DNA from: an uncultured Verrucomicrobiae bacterium
Lineage (GTDB): Bacteria; Verrucomicrobiota; Verrucomicrobiia; Chthoniobacterales; Chthoniobacteraceae
Length of the DNA: 64,000 nt
NCBI GenBank assembly: GCA_963769025.1
Contig: CAVYKI010000006.1
Span: 512,001-576,000 of the forward strand
Direction of reading: 5' to 3'
A program made the position numbers and the translations under genes. Shown here one piece after another: positions 28,457 to 38,481 of the stretch (position 1 is the stretch's first letter; every line of letters begins with the position of its first letter). Under the pieces are notes generated by a model, which saw only the letters and a program-made list of their open reading frames with translations, searched no databases and had not been told where the DNA came from.

Positions 28457-29941
28457 TCAGCGGGGCGAGAGCGATGGCGCGTCTTCGAGACGTTCCTCAT
28501 TGAGCACGTTGTAGCGCTGGCGGATTCGGTCGCGCGCGGTCTCGAGGTCGGCATGCTGGAGCACCAGCGGGCGCCCGATTCCCTCGAACTCGATGACATA
28601 TTCCTCCGCCGGTTTCAGGAAGGCCGCCGAGAGCTCCTTCATGTTCCGGATCTTGGTGCCGTTCACCTTGTCGAGGATGCCCTCGCGGAACTCGTCGAGG
28701 TAGGTATTGATCGGATCCGGCAGCAGCGCGGTGAGGATGATCACTTCGTCGCGCTCCTTGTAGAGCTCCTTGTCGATGAAGTGCGCGAAGTAATGGAAGA
28801 TGCGCGGATTTGCGAACTGGTAGGTCACCACGAGATTCCGGTTCATCGGCTGGAAGAGCAGCCCGCCGAACATGATATACTTCGGCGCATCGTAGCTCGT
28901 GGCCTGGTGGATGTACGGCCACGCCTGCGTGAAAGTGATTTCCTCCGTCATCCGCTTCCCTGCGCGCAACAGTTCAAACTTCACGGTGTCGCCCTTGAAC
29001 TTCCGCTCGGCGACCTCCGCCATCAGCATCCGTTCGCCATCGATCTGCACCATGCCGTCGCTCTCAATGTCGCGGCCGTCGATTTTCAGCAGCACGTCGC
29101 CCTCCTGCAGTTTGCCAAAGCACGCGCTCGCGCTGCCCACGCTCGTCACCGCCATGCCGCGGCCATCATCCGGCAGGCCGGCTGCGCGGCGGTATGCGGC
29201 GTTTTGCAGCGGAAAGGTGCCGATGCTCAGGTCCATGTAGCGGTCGTAGTGGCCGTCCTCGATGTCCTTCAGGAAATGCCCGATCACCGGTGTCGGGATC
29301 ATATATCCGACATTCTGCGCGTCCGCGCCTCCGAGCCCCTGAAATGCCACGCCGACGACCTTGCCGTCCTTCAGCACCGGTCCGCCCGAGTTGCCGGGAT
29401 TGATCGCGGCATCAATCTGAATGCAGAGGTGCGAATCCATCACCGAGTGCGCGTAGGTCCGGAAATCGACGCGCGAGACGATGCCCTTTGTCACGCTCAT
29501 GCGCTCGCCGCCGATCGGGTAGCCGTACACGGACACGGCCGTCTCGATCTCCGGAACGCCGCCGATCTCCAGCGGCCGCGTGTCCTTCCAAAAGGCCGGA
29601 TCCTCCACCTTCAGCAGGGCCAGGTCGCAGTCGTGCGCGATGAACTCCACCGTCGCCACGTACTTCTTCGGGTCATTCTCCTTTTCCACCGTGAGGAGGC
29701 GTGCGTTGGAGACCACGTGCGCGTTGGTCATCAGGCGATCCTTTTTCACCACCCAGCCCGTGCCCGAACCGCCGCTCATCGGTCCCGGCAGCCACGGCAC
29801 GCGGTAGTTGAATTCCTGCGCGGTATTGCTGATCCGGCAGAGCGACTTCCGGATTTCACCCGGCTGTGCGTGGAGGGAGGGGAGGAGGAACAGTGCGGCG
29901 GCTGCGAGCCAGATGCGGCGTGTCATTCGGGCGCGGAACAT
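28457..29941 (-). CDS. HtrA/Deg2-type serine protease with PDZ domains
   Basis: TNAHVV, CDLALL, AAINPGNSGGP; signal peptide. Confidence 0.93.
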   Translation of the reverse strand: MFRARMTRRIWLAAAALFLLPSLHAQPGEIRKSLCRISNTAQEFNYRVPWLPGPMSGGSGTGWVVKKDRLMTNAHVVSNARLLTVEKENDPKKYVATVEFIAHDCDLALLKVEDPAFWKDTRPLEIGGVPEIETAVSVYGYPIGGERMSVTKGIVSRVDFRTYAHSVMDSHLCIQIDAAINPGNSGGPVLKDGKVVGVAFQGLGGADAQNVGYMIPTPVIGHFLKDIEDGHYDRYMDLSIGTFPLQNAAYRRAAGLPDDGRGMAVTSVGSASACFGKLQEGDVLLKIDGRDIESDGMVQIDGERMLMAEVAERKFKGDTVKFELLRAGKRMTEEITFTQAWPYIHQATSYDAPKYIMFGGLLFQPMNRNLVVTYQFANPRIFHYFAHFIDKELYKERDEVIILTALLPDPINTYLDEFREGILDKVNGTKIRNMKELSAAFLKPAEEYVIEFEGIGRPLVLQHADLETARDRIRQRYNVLNEERLEDAPSLSPR

Positions 29942-29998
29942 GAACCGCGCGCGCCGCGATGCAAACGGAAAGAGGGAAAGGGCGGCGCGAAGCAGTGG

Positions 29999-30745
29999 CT
30001 AAAACGCGCCGATGCGCCAGAGGGCGACGAAGGCGGCGAAGGCGAGGATGAGGCCATCGAAGAGGCGCTGCGGGACGTGATGCAGCAGCCAGCGGCCGAG
30101 GAAGAGGCCGGCGAGGATGACGGGTGCCAGGACGAGATTGAAGAGCAGCGTGTCGCCGCGGATGAGGCCGAGGTGGAGGCTGAAGGGAATTTTGTAGAGA
30201 TTGATGAGCAGGAAGAACCACGCGCTGGTGCCGGCAAACTGGAATTTCGGCAGGCCGACGGAGAGGAAGTAGAGCCCCATGACGGGGCCGGCTGCGTTCG
30301 CCATCATCGTGGTGATGCCGGCGAGCAGGCCCATCGTGGAGGCGAAGGGCAGCGAGTGAGGGACATGCTCGAACATCGCGGGCTTCCACATTCGCCAGAG
30401 CTGCACGAGGACGAGCACGAGCACCGTCCAGCCGATGATGGGCCGGTAGGCTCCCGCCGGCACGAGCGTCATGAGCCACATCCCGATGGCGACGCCGATG
30501 CACGCAATGGGCAGCGTGCGGCCGACGTGCCGCCAGACGGCGTGGCGCTTGAACGCGATGACCGCGAAGATGTCGCCGATGCAAAGCATGGGCAGCACGA
30601 TGCCGGTGGAATCCCTGTCGCCGAAGATGGACGCCATGACGAGCACGTGCACGAGCGAGACGCCTGAGAAGCCGCTCTTTGCCACGCCGACGCCGAGTGC
30701 CGCGATGATGCAGAGCAGCCATTGGGCGACGGTGAGCGAGGGCAT
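29999..30745 (-). CDS. TauE/SafE family sulfite exporter
   Basis: GVAKSGFSG, VLPMLCIGD, TMMANAAGP and INLYKIPF motifs; multi-TM. Confidence 0.88.
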   Translation of the reverse strand: MPSLTVAQWLLCIIAALGVGVAKSGFSGVSLVHVLVMASIFGDRDSTGIVLPMLCIGDIFAVIAFKRHAVWRHVGRTLPIACIGVAIGMWLMTLVPAGAYRPIIGWTVLVLVLVQLWRMWKPAMFEHVPHSLPFASTMGLLAGITTMMANAAGPVMGLYFLSVGLPKFQFAGTSAWFFLLINLYKIPFSLHLGLIRGDTLLFNLVLAPVILAGLFLGRWLLHHVPQRLFDGLILAFAAFVALWRIGAF

Positions 30746-30857
30746 GAAGGCGCGGACGTTTGCAACGCGGGCACGCGACGGCAAGCAGCAAGCCCTCGCG
30801 GTGCAGCAGTGCATCCCGGGGCGTCCGCGCCGGGTTGAGGCTTGATTGCGCGGGCCC

Positions 30858-31412
30858 ATGGTGCAGCTTTCGCGGCGATTCCATCCCCTCGTGAAAGTCA
30901 TCCTCGCAGTCCTTGCAGCCGGCGTTTTGCTCGCCGACACGGCGTCCGCTATTCCGCAGACTTTCAGCGGTGTGAACGGTTTCGCGAACGCCGTCGGCAT
31001 GGCGTTCGAGCAATACGCGGCGTCCGCCGATCCGTGGGCGCCGGGCGCGGAACTGAAGGGCCCGTGGAAACCTCGCGACGGCAAACCGGCGAAGGCGGGC
31101 GCGGTGGAAACGCTCGACCTCGGTGTCGATGCGACGGTATTTGGCATCGCCGCGGCGCAGGTGTCCGCGGAGCGCGTGGCGGGCGTGGTGCGGCGATTCA
31201 CGGTGCGGTTCGTCGAGGGGAAATCGACGAACGGCAAGGCACGCGCGGGCGGGCTTTACGAGCAGGTGCTGGCAAATCTCAAGGCGCTCGCGGGCGAGGC
31301 GAAGTCGGTGGCGCCGAGCGGCGGGAAGACGTTTCGCCACGAGTCGGCGCTCATCACGGCGCGCAAGGCGGGCGGAAAGGAAGTGATCGTGGAATTCACT
31401 CCGGCGAAGTGA
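30858..31412 (+). CDS. Hypothetical secreted protein
   Basis: Signal-like segment ending ASA; GTGA overlap with the next gene; start uncertain (30858 or 30891). Confidence 0.7.
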   Translation: MVQLSRRFHPLVKVILAVLAAGVLLADTASAIPQTFSGVNGFANAVGMAFEQYAASADPWAPGAELKGPWKPRDGKPAKAGAVETLDLGVDATVFGIAAAQVSAERVAGVVRRFTVRFVEGKSTNGKARAGGLYEQVLANLKALAGEAKSVAPSGGKTFRHESALITARKAGGKEVIVEFTPAK

Positions 31413-32644
31413 ACGCGTCTGCCGGCCGGCAGTGGCTGCGGGTGGCGATCCTGCTCTGCGGGATGGCGGGCGCGGTGTGCGGGCAGCTTGTGTTCCGCGC
31501 TGCGACGCGGACTTTTCCGGCGCCGGATGCGCTGAAGAACGCGGCGCTGTGGGATGCGCCCGAATTTCTCAGCGGCTGGGGCGCGGTGTCCGCGACTGCG
31601 CCGGAGGAGCACCGGAACTTTGGGGGGAAATGCGACGTGTTCGGTCACACGGCGCAGGCGGTGCACGGATTGTTCGAGCGCGGGCGCCTCACGGGAATCA
31701 CGGTCGTGGTGCTGGATGCCGGTGCGTGGTTCGGCTTCGTGCCGACGGCGGACGCGAAGCGTGTCGCAGCGGTGAAGGGGCCGCAGTTTGCGGCGCTCTA
31801 CAAGCAGACCGCGGCCGACGTGGAGCGCGGGCTCGCCGCACTCGCGGGTGGCGCGGGGAAGAAGGTCGCGTTCGTGGACAAGGGCGTGCTGAAACACGAC
31901 GTGCTCGTCTTTCACACCGGTGACCTGTGGGTGAGGCTCACGGTGCGCGAAAACCAGCTCGTGAAATTCACCGTGACGCGCACGGAGGCGGAAGCGACCA
32001 GTCCGCTCAGCACGATGCGCCGCACGGCGAAGAAGGACGGGCAGGCGCGCGAACTCGCCGCGCGCGTGACGAGCGCGCCGAATGGCGACCGGTTGCTCGA
32101 TGGCATGCCCATTTTCACGCAGGGAGACCGCGCGTATTGCGGCGTGGCGACGCTCGCGATGGCGATGCAGTTCCTCGGCCTGCGGCTGGACACGGAGGAT
32201 TTCGCCGCGGCCGCCGGCATCAGGTTCGGCAGCACATACCACTCGAGCATCCGGGAGGTGTGCGAGGCCGCGGCGGATGTCGCGAAGCTGAAGCTGCCGC
32301 GCACGACGCAGTTCGAGTTCGAGAAAGCGCGCGCGGCGATCGATGCCGGCTACCCGGTGATCGTCTTCCGGCGCTGGAGCCAGGAGCGTGATTTCCTGCA
32401 CAGTGCATTCGCGCAGCGTTTCGGAAAAGATCCCGCCGCCACTCTGCCGAAGGCGGACCTGAACGACCGCAGAACATGGCCCGCGCGGGACGACTTCGCG
32501 CATTCCTCGCTCGTCACCGGGTACAATCTCGCGCGGCGCGAAGTCATCTTCACCGAGAGCTGGGGCGAGCACACGCGCAACCGCCGGATGCGGATTGAGG
32601 AGATGGAAGGCACCGGCTACCTCGCCTATTATCCGCGACTGTGA
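31409..32644 (+). CDS. C39-like (papain-fold) cysteine peptidase with N-terminal domain of unknown function
   Basis: QGDRAYCGVATLAM (Cys), AHSSLVTGYN (His), FTESWG. Confidence 0.8.
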   Translation: MNASAGRQWLRVAILLCGMAGAVCGQLVFRAATRTFPAPDALKNAALWDAPEFLSGWGAVSATAPEEHRNFGGKCDVFGHTAQAVHGLFERGRLTGITVVVLDAGAWFGFVPTADAKRVAAVKGPQFAALYKQTAADVERGLAALAGGAGKKVAFVDKGVLKHDVLVFHTGDLWVRLTVRENQLVKFTVTRTEAEATSPLSTMRRTAKKDGQARELAARVTSAPNGDRLLDGMPIFTQGDRAYCGVATLAMAMQFLGLRLDTEDFAAAAGIRFGSTYHSSIREVCEAAADVAKLKLPRTTQFEFEKARAAIDAGYPVIVFRRWSQERDFLHSAFAQRFGKDPAATLPKADLNDRRTWPARDDFAHSSLVTGYNLARREVIFTESWGEHTRNRRMRIEEMEGTGYLAYYPRL

Positions 32645-33882
32645 AGCGCGCGATCCTCAGTCTGCTGGTGTTGCTGTCCGCGGCATGCGTGTTGCGTGCG
32701 GAGATGCGCGAATGGACGGGACGGAATGGGCAAAAGTTCACCGCGGAGATCATCGCGAACGACGCATGGCGCGCGACCTTCGCGCTTCCCGATCGCAGCA
32801 AAGCCGTGGTGCCGCTTTCGCAATTGAGCGCGGCCGACGTGACTTTCGTGACGCAGTGGCGTGCGGCAAATCCCGGCGCGCCGCTCGTGGATCCGCAGAA
32901 GCTCGCGCCGTGGCCCGGCGAGGTGAGCGCGGCGGACATCGAGATCAAGCTGAAGTCCGAAGACCCGAAGGTGCCGTCATTCGTGTACGAAGGCGCGCAC
33001 TTCATCCTACGCTCGGATGTGAAGCTGCCGCTCGGCGTCGTGCGCGACCTGAACGGAGTATTCGAGGCGACGCGCGCGGCGCTGATGGCGCTGCCGTTCG
33101 GGCTTCATTCGGGAGGCGAGCGGGGAAAGTATCCGGTGCTGCTTTTCTCGACTGTCGAGCAGTACGCAGCCGCGGGCGGCGGTTCCGCGAGCGGTGGCTA
33201 TTTTGACGGAACGACCGGGCGCATGCTGATCCTGCTGCCGAATCTCGGCATCCGCACCGACGGCGAGACGAAGACGTTCGACTATCAAAAAAATCTCTTC
33301 GTCCTGAAGCACGAAGTCACGCATCAGATCCTCCGGCATTGGGGTTACGCATTTCCGGTGTGGTTTAACGAAGGGCTCGCGGAAGTCATCGCGGCGGCGC
33401 CGTACACGCGCGGCCGGTACACGTTTACGGCGATGGACACTGCGATCGGGACTTACGTGCAGAAGTGGCGCAGCCCGGGAGACCTCAAGCCGCTGTATCT
33501 CATCCAGCCGGCGCACCTGATGGAATTCAACGACTCGACTTGGGGCGCGCGCGTCGCCGGGCAATCGGCGTACGAACTCTACAATTCCGCGGCGCTCTTC
33601 ATCCATTTCCTGCTCCGTCACGATGGCGCCGGCGATGGCAGTTCGGTCGCGGGCTTTCTCGATGCGCTCCGTCGTGGCCTGGGCCGGGAGCGCGGTGCCT
33701 CCATGCAGTCGCCATACGGCCAGATGCGGGGCGATCCGCTTTTTGCAGTGAGGCAAAAGGCCGTGGCCGATTTCATCCGTCGCGGACGCAGCGATGAAAG
33801 ACTCACGGCGGATTTCGCGGCATTCCTGAAACGCCGCGGGCTGCGCGTTGAGTTCGAGGTGCCGCTGCCTCAGGCGAGATGA
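32641..33882 (+). CDS. Secreted SHD1-like domain + gluzincin-type metallopeptidase (DUF1570/MA-like)
   Basis: REWTGRNGQKFTA...VPLSQLSAAD; HEVTH followed by WFNEGLAE. Confidence 0.78.
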   Translation: MKRAILSLLVLLSAACVLRAEMREWTGRNGQKFTAEIIANDAWRATFALPDRSKAVVPLSQLSAADVTFVTQWRAANPGAPLVDPQKLAPWPGEVSAADIEIKLKSEDPKVPSFVYEGAHFILRSDVKLPLGVVRDLNGVFEATRAALMALPFGLHSGGERGKYPVLLFSTVEQYAAAGGGSASGGYFDGTTGRMLILLPNLGIRTDGETKTFDYQKNLFVLKHEVTHQILRHWGYAFPVWFNEGLAEVIAAAPYTRGRYTFTAMDTAIGTYVQKWRSPGDLKPLYLIQPAHLMEFNDSTWGARVAGQSAYELYNSAALFIHFLLRHDGAGDGSSVAGFLDALRRGLGRERGASMQSPYGQMRGDPLFAVRQKAVADFIRRGRSDERLTADFAAFLKRRGLRVEFEVPLPQAR

Positions 33883-33952
33883 GCATGCGAATGCATAAGA
33901 AATCAGCCGCTCCGGGTTGGTATAGTGCAGCACCCGCTTTTGCCCCCGCCCA

Positions 33953-35368
33953 ATGAACCGCTCCCGCTCATCGTCTGCCCGCTGCGCCGGACCTTTGTCG
34001 CGGCGCGGCTTTCTCGAAGTCGGCGGAATGAGCCTGCTCGGCCTCGGGCTGGGCGGCCTGCTCGACGCGCGGGCGGCGAGTGCGCTCGCGGCAGCGAAGG
34101 GCGGCGGCACCTTCGGGAAGGCGAAGTCGTGCATCATTCTCTTCCTGTGTGGCGGGCCGCCGCAGCACGAGACGTTCGACCCCAAGCCGGATGCGCCGCT
34201 GGAGATCCGCGGAACATTCCGCTCCATCCCGACAAAGGTGCCGGGCATCCACCTCAGCGAGACGCTGCCGCACACCGCGCGCGTCACCGACCGGATGGCG
34301 ATCATCCGCTCGATGACCACGGACATCAACGCGCACTCGACGAGCGGCGCGTTCATGCTCACGGGCTACGTTCCGCCAACCAAAGCCGAAAATGTCCCCG
34401 CCGGCCCGCAGGATTGGCCGAGCATCGCGTCGGTCGTCGGCGCGTTGAAACCGAGCGAGCGCTCGCCCCTGTCGTCGGTCGTGTTGCCGGAGAAAATCCA
34501 GAACGACGGCAACATCGTGTGGCCGGGACAGGACGGCGGATTCATGGGCGGCGCGTGGCATCCGATGCTGATGAATTGCGACCCGGCGACGTTGCCGATC
34601 CGCATCGAGGGCATGAGCATGGCCGATGGGATGACACATGCGCGGCTTTCCGAGCGCTTCGATTTGCTCACGCAGATGGACGCGCAATTTCAGGCCGCAG
34701 CGCGCAGCGGTGCAGTCGCGGAACTCGGCCACATGCGACAAAAGGCGTTCGACCTGCTGCACTCGGACGCGAGCCGTGCGGCTTTCGCGCTGGAGCGGGA
34801 GACGCCCTCGCTGCGTGCGGCGTACGGCGAACACAAATTTGGCCAGAGCGTGCTGCTCGCCCGCCGGCTCGTGGAAGCAGGCACGCGGCTGGTGCAGGTG
34901 AACTGGCCGCGCGAAGGAGTGAAGGAAGTCGGCGGCAGCCCGCTGTGGGACACGCACAAGAACAACGCCGGCCGCGTGCGCGACGTGCTTTGCCCGCAAT
35001 TTGACCGGACGTACGCGACGCTCATCGAGGACCTCGCCGCTCGCGGGCTGCTCGACGAAACGCTCGTCGTGGTCATGGGAGAATTCGGACGCTCGCCGAA
35101 AATCAACGGCGCCGGCGGACGCGATCACTGGGGCTCGGTCTTCTCCGTAGCGCTCGCAGGCGCGGGCATCGCCGGAGGACAGATCATCGGTGAAAGTGAT
35201 CGCATCGGCGCGATGCCGGCATCGCGCCCCGTCGTCCCGCCGGATCTCGCGGCTTCGATCTTCCATCTGCTCGGCATTGCTCCTTCGGGTGAATTCATGG
35301 ACCCGCTCGGCCGTCCGCGGAGTGTCACGGATAACGGCCACCCGCTGCGCGAGCTCGTCGGTGCCTGA
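33953..35368 (+). CDS. DUF1501 domain protein (Tat-like leader)
   Basis: SRRGFL, GGPPQHETFDPKP, LLARRLVEAG, WDTH, GEFGRSP and GRDHW motifs. Confidence 0.93.
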   Translation: MNRSRSSSARCAGPLSRRGFLEVGGMSLLGLGLGGLLDARAASALAAAKGGGTFGKAKSCIILFLCGGPPQHETFDPKPDAPLEIRGTFRSIPTKVPGIHLSETLPHTARVTDRMAIIRSMTTDINAHSTSGAFMLTGYVPPTKAENVPAGPQDWPSIASVVGALKPSERSPLSSVVLPEKIQNDGNIVWPGQDGGFMGGAWHPMLMNCDPATLPIRIEGMSMADGMTHARLSERFDLLTQMDAQFQAAARSGAVAELGHMRQKAFDLLHSDASRAAFALERETPSLRAAYGEHKFGQSVLLARRLVEAGTRLVQVNWPREGVKEVGGSPLWDTHKNNAGRVRDVLCPQFDRTYATLIEDLAARGLLDETLVVVMGEFGRSPKINGAGGRDHWGSVFSVALAGAGIAGGQIIGESDRIGAMPASRPVVPPDLAASIFHLLGIAPSGEFMDPLGRPRSVTDNGHPLRELVGA

Positions 35369-35476
35369 GTCTGAGCCTCCTCGGCTGGGCATCGGCTGAC
35401 CGGCGTGCGTGCATGTCGTCCGTTTGTCGAAATTTTGGCGGGCGTCGCCGGAGTGCGCTGTTAGTTTCCCGCGCTG

Positions 35477-36652
35477 ATGTCCTGGTTTCTCGGATTCCTG
35501 CTGCTGGTTGCGATTCTCGTCTGGGCTTGCCGGGAGGTGCGGAGTCGGCGCTGCGAGAAGGCGCATGCGAAGCGCGTGGAGGAACTGCTGCGTGAACACG
35601 AGGTCCTCCGCACTCAGCACGGACTCGCCGAGGCAAATCTCGAGATCATCTTGTCCTCAATGCAGGAGGGTGTGCTGGTGCTCGACAAGCGGCGCACGGT
35701 CCGGCTTGCGAATCCGGCGGCGCAGAAGCTGTTCGATCTCCCCGCGGATTTCGCGACACGGACGCTCATCGAATTGCTCCGGGAACCGGCGGTGGACGAC
35801 ATGGTGGTGGCTGCCGTGGAGCGGTCAGAGGCGGGTGACGCCGAGCTGAATCTCCCGGCCCGCAAGCCGCCGATGGTGCTGGCCGTGCGCGTGGCGCCGA
35901 TGCGCGATGCCTCCGGTGAACCGGCTGCGCTGGCGATGTTCCGTGACGTCGGGCATCTCAAGCGCCTCGAGGAGGTGCGGCGGGAATTTGTGGCAAATGT
36001 GTCGCATGAACTGCGCACGCCGCTCTCGATTTTTCAGGGCTACGTCGAGCACCTGCAGGACACGCCGGATTTGCCACGGAAGGAGCAGGCCGAGGTGTTC
36101 GCTGTTCTGGACCGCCACACGAAGCGGTTGACCGCGCTCGTCGAGGATTTGCTCGTGCTCGCTCGGATGGAGTCTCAGCCGGACGATTTGTCGCGGGAGG
36201 AAATCGACCTGCCGTCTTTCCTCGCCGAGATCGCGCGCGACTTTGAACTCCGCGCCGGAAAGAAGGGCGTGAAGCTCCGCGTGGACGTGGCCGCGGACAC
36301 GGCGCCGCTGAACGCGGACCGTCTCCGCATGGAGCAGGTGTTCGCCAATCTCACGGACAATGCGCTCAAGTTCACGCCCGAGGGCGGCACGGTCACGCTC
36401 GGCGCCGCGACCTCGGGCAGCGACACGCTGCTGTGGGTGAGCGACACGGGGCAGGGGATCCTGTCGAGCTACCTGCCGCACATTTTCGAGCGTTTCTACC
36501 GAGGGGACAAAGGCCGCAGCCGCGACATCGGCGGGACCGGTCTGGGGCTCAGCATCGTGAAACACATCGCCCGCGCGCACGGCGGCGATGCCGAGGCGGA
36601 CAGCACGTTTGGCAAAGGCACGACGATCCGGCTGCGGCTGCCGAATTCATAA
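35477..36652 (+). CDS. PAS-domain sensor histidine kinase, PhoR-like
   Basis: N-terminal TM, PAS, EFVANVSHELRTPL, NLTDNA, DTGQGI, FERFYR, GGTGLGLSIVKH. Confidence 0.9.
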   Translation: MSWFLGFLLLVAILVWACREVRSRRCEKAHAKRVEELLREHEVLRTQHGLAEANLEIILSSMQEGVLVLDKRRTVRLANPAAQKLFDLPADFATRTLIELLREPAVDDMVVAAVERSEAGDAELNLPARKPPMVLAVRVAPMRDASGEPAALAMFRDVGHLKRLEEVRREFVANVSHELRTPLSIFQGYVEHLQDTPDLPRKEQAEVFAVLDRHTKRLTALVEDLLVLARMESQPDDLSREEIDLPSFLAEIARDFELRAGKKGVKLRVDVAADTAPLNADRLRMEQVFANLTDNALKFTPEGGTVTLGAATSGSDTLLWVSDTGQGILSSYLPHIFERFYRGDKGRSRDIGGTGLGLSIVKHIARAHGGDAEADSTFGKGTTIRLRLPNS

Positions 36653-36672
36653 GCAGGGACGGCGGGCCAGAT

Positions 36673-38481
36673 TTAGCCCGGAATCTCGCGGAGCAGCTGC
36701 CCGTTGGTCGGAAATTTCTTCACGAAGGACAGCAGGCGCTCGATGGCCTCGTAAGGTTTGTGCCCGGCGAGGCCTCGGCGGATGACGCTGATTTTGTGCA
36801 GATCGTCCTGCGGGATGAGCAGTTCATCGCGGCGCGTGCCGCTCTGGAAGATGTCGATCGCGGGATACACGCGCTGGTCGCTGATTTTGCGATCGAGCAC
36901 GATCTCCATGTTTCCGGTGCCCTTGAACTCCTGAAAGATCAGCTCGTCCATGCGGCTGCCCGTATCGATGAGCGCGGTCGCGACGATGGTCAGCGAACCG
37001 GCCTCCTCGGTGTTGCGCGCCGCGGCAAAAATCTTGCGTGGGATTTCCAGCGCGCGGCTATCCACGCCGCCGGACATGGTGCGTCCGCCGCCGGCCATGG
37101 CGTTGTTGAATGCGCGGCCGAGGCGCGTGATGGAATCGAGCAGGATGAACACGTCGCGTCCGCTTTCCACGAGGCGCTTGGCGCGCTCGATGCAGAGTTG
37201 CGCGATGCGGGTGTGGGACTTCACGTCCATGTCGTTCGAGCTGGCCCACAATTCCGCCTCCGGGATGTTGCGCTTGAAGTCCGTGACTTCCTCGGGGCGC
37301 TCGTCCACGAGCAGGATCATCAGCTTCACGTCGGGATGATTTTTCACCACCGCCTGTGCCATGTGATGCAGAAGCGTGGTCTTGCCGGTGCGCGGCGGGG
37401 CGACGATGAGGCCGCGCTGGCCTTTGCCTACGGGCGTGACGAGATCGATGATGCGCGTGGTGAAACGGTCGGGGACCGTCTCGAGCTTCATGCGCTCGAG
37501 CGGGCTGATGGTGGTGAGGTCGTCGAATGCCGGCCACGCTTTTGCCGTGTCGGGTTCCGCGTCGTTGATCGTGAGGATGCGGTGAATCTGCAGTCCGCGG
37601 CTGCTCTTGCGCGCCTCGGCCTTGAGCCATTGTCCGTCGCGGAGGCCGTGCTTTTTCACGGCTTCCGGTGTGACAAACACATCGCTCGGGTGCGGCTGGA
37701 AGAACCGCTTCGGGTCGCGCAGGAAGCCAAAGCCCTTGCCGGAGATTTCGCAGTAGCCTTCGACATCGACGATTTCCTCGAGCTCCGGTTCTGGGCTCGG
37801 GGCTGGTTGGGCGCTCGGCTGCTGTTCGCGGTTGGGATCGCGGTGCTGCTGCTGTTGATGTTGATCGCGGCGGTGCTGGCGATGATCCGGACGATCCGGG
37901 CGTTCATGGCGCTCGTGCCGTTCGCGGCCGCGCTGCTGTGGCTGCTGGGGCGCTTGCTGGGGTGCAGGCGCGGCAGGAGCACTTGTTTCAACTTGAGGCG
38001 CCGCTGTCGTTGGTGTTGCGGCAGCCGGAGCGTTTGTGGCGATTGCCTGCTGGGCCGCCATCTTTGCGCCGAGCATTGCTGACATGATGGCGTCGAGCTG
38101 CGACTTTTCGGTCGGAATCGGAATGTTCGCGGCCCTCAGGAAGGCCTCCACCTCACGGGGAATGTAGAGCGGACGCGGACGCGGACCTTCTTGCATAGGC
38201 GCCGGCGCGGAGGGCTGCGCGACCGGTGCTGGAGCCTCGGCCTTCACCGGTGTTGGAACTGACTCTGGGGCCGGCGCGATTTCCGCGTCCAGCGTGGCGG
38301 GCGCGGCCTCGTCGGGCGCGGCGGCAGCCTTCTTGCGCGTGACGCGTTTCACAGTCTTTGCCGTCGCCGCTTTCGGTGCCGCCTTCTTCCGGGTGGTGCC
38401 GGTGGCCGTTGCAGTCTTGCGGGTCGTCTTCTTTTTCGGAGCTTGCTCGTCGAGCAGTTCCGGGTCGTTTTTTTTACTCAT
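36673..38481 (-). CDS. rho: Transcription termination factor Rho with long low-complexity N-terminal region
   Basis: GFGFLR, GKGQRGLIVAPPRTGKT, DERPEEVTD, LDSITRL and EFKGTGNME motifs. Confidence 0.96.
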   Translation of the reverse strand: MSKKNDPELLDEQAPKKKTTRKTATATGTTRKKAAPKAATAKTVKRVTRKKAAAAPDEAAPATLDAEIAPAPESVPTPVKAEAPAPVAQPSAPAPMQEGPRPRPLYIPREVEAFLRAANIPIPTEKSQLDAIMSAMLGAKMAAQQAIATNAPAAATPTTAAPQVETSAPAAPAPQQAPQQPQQRGRERHERHERPDRPDHRQHRRDQHQQQQHRDPNREQQPSAQPAPSPEPELEEIVDVEGYCEISGKGFGFLRDPKRFFQPHPSDVFVTPEAVKKHGLRDGQWLKAEARKSSRGLQIHRILTINDAEPDTAKAWPAFDDLTTISPLERMKLETVPDRFTTRIIDLVTPVGKGQRGLIVAPPRTGKTTLLHHMAQAVVKNHPDVKLMILLVDERPEEVTDFKRNIPEAELWASSNDMDVKSHTRIAQLCIERAKRLVESGRDVFILLDSITRLGRAFNNAMAGGGRTMSGGVDSRALEIPRKIFAAARNTEEAGSLTIVATALIDTGSRMDELIFQEFKGTGNMEIVLDRKISDQRVYPAIDIFQSGTRRDELLIPQDDLHKISVIRRGLAGHKPYEAIERLLSFVKKFPTNGQLLREIPG

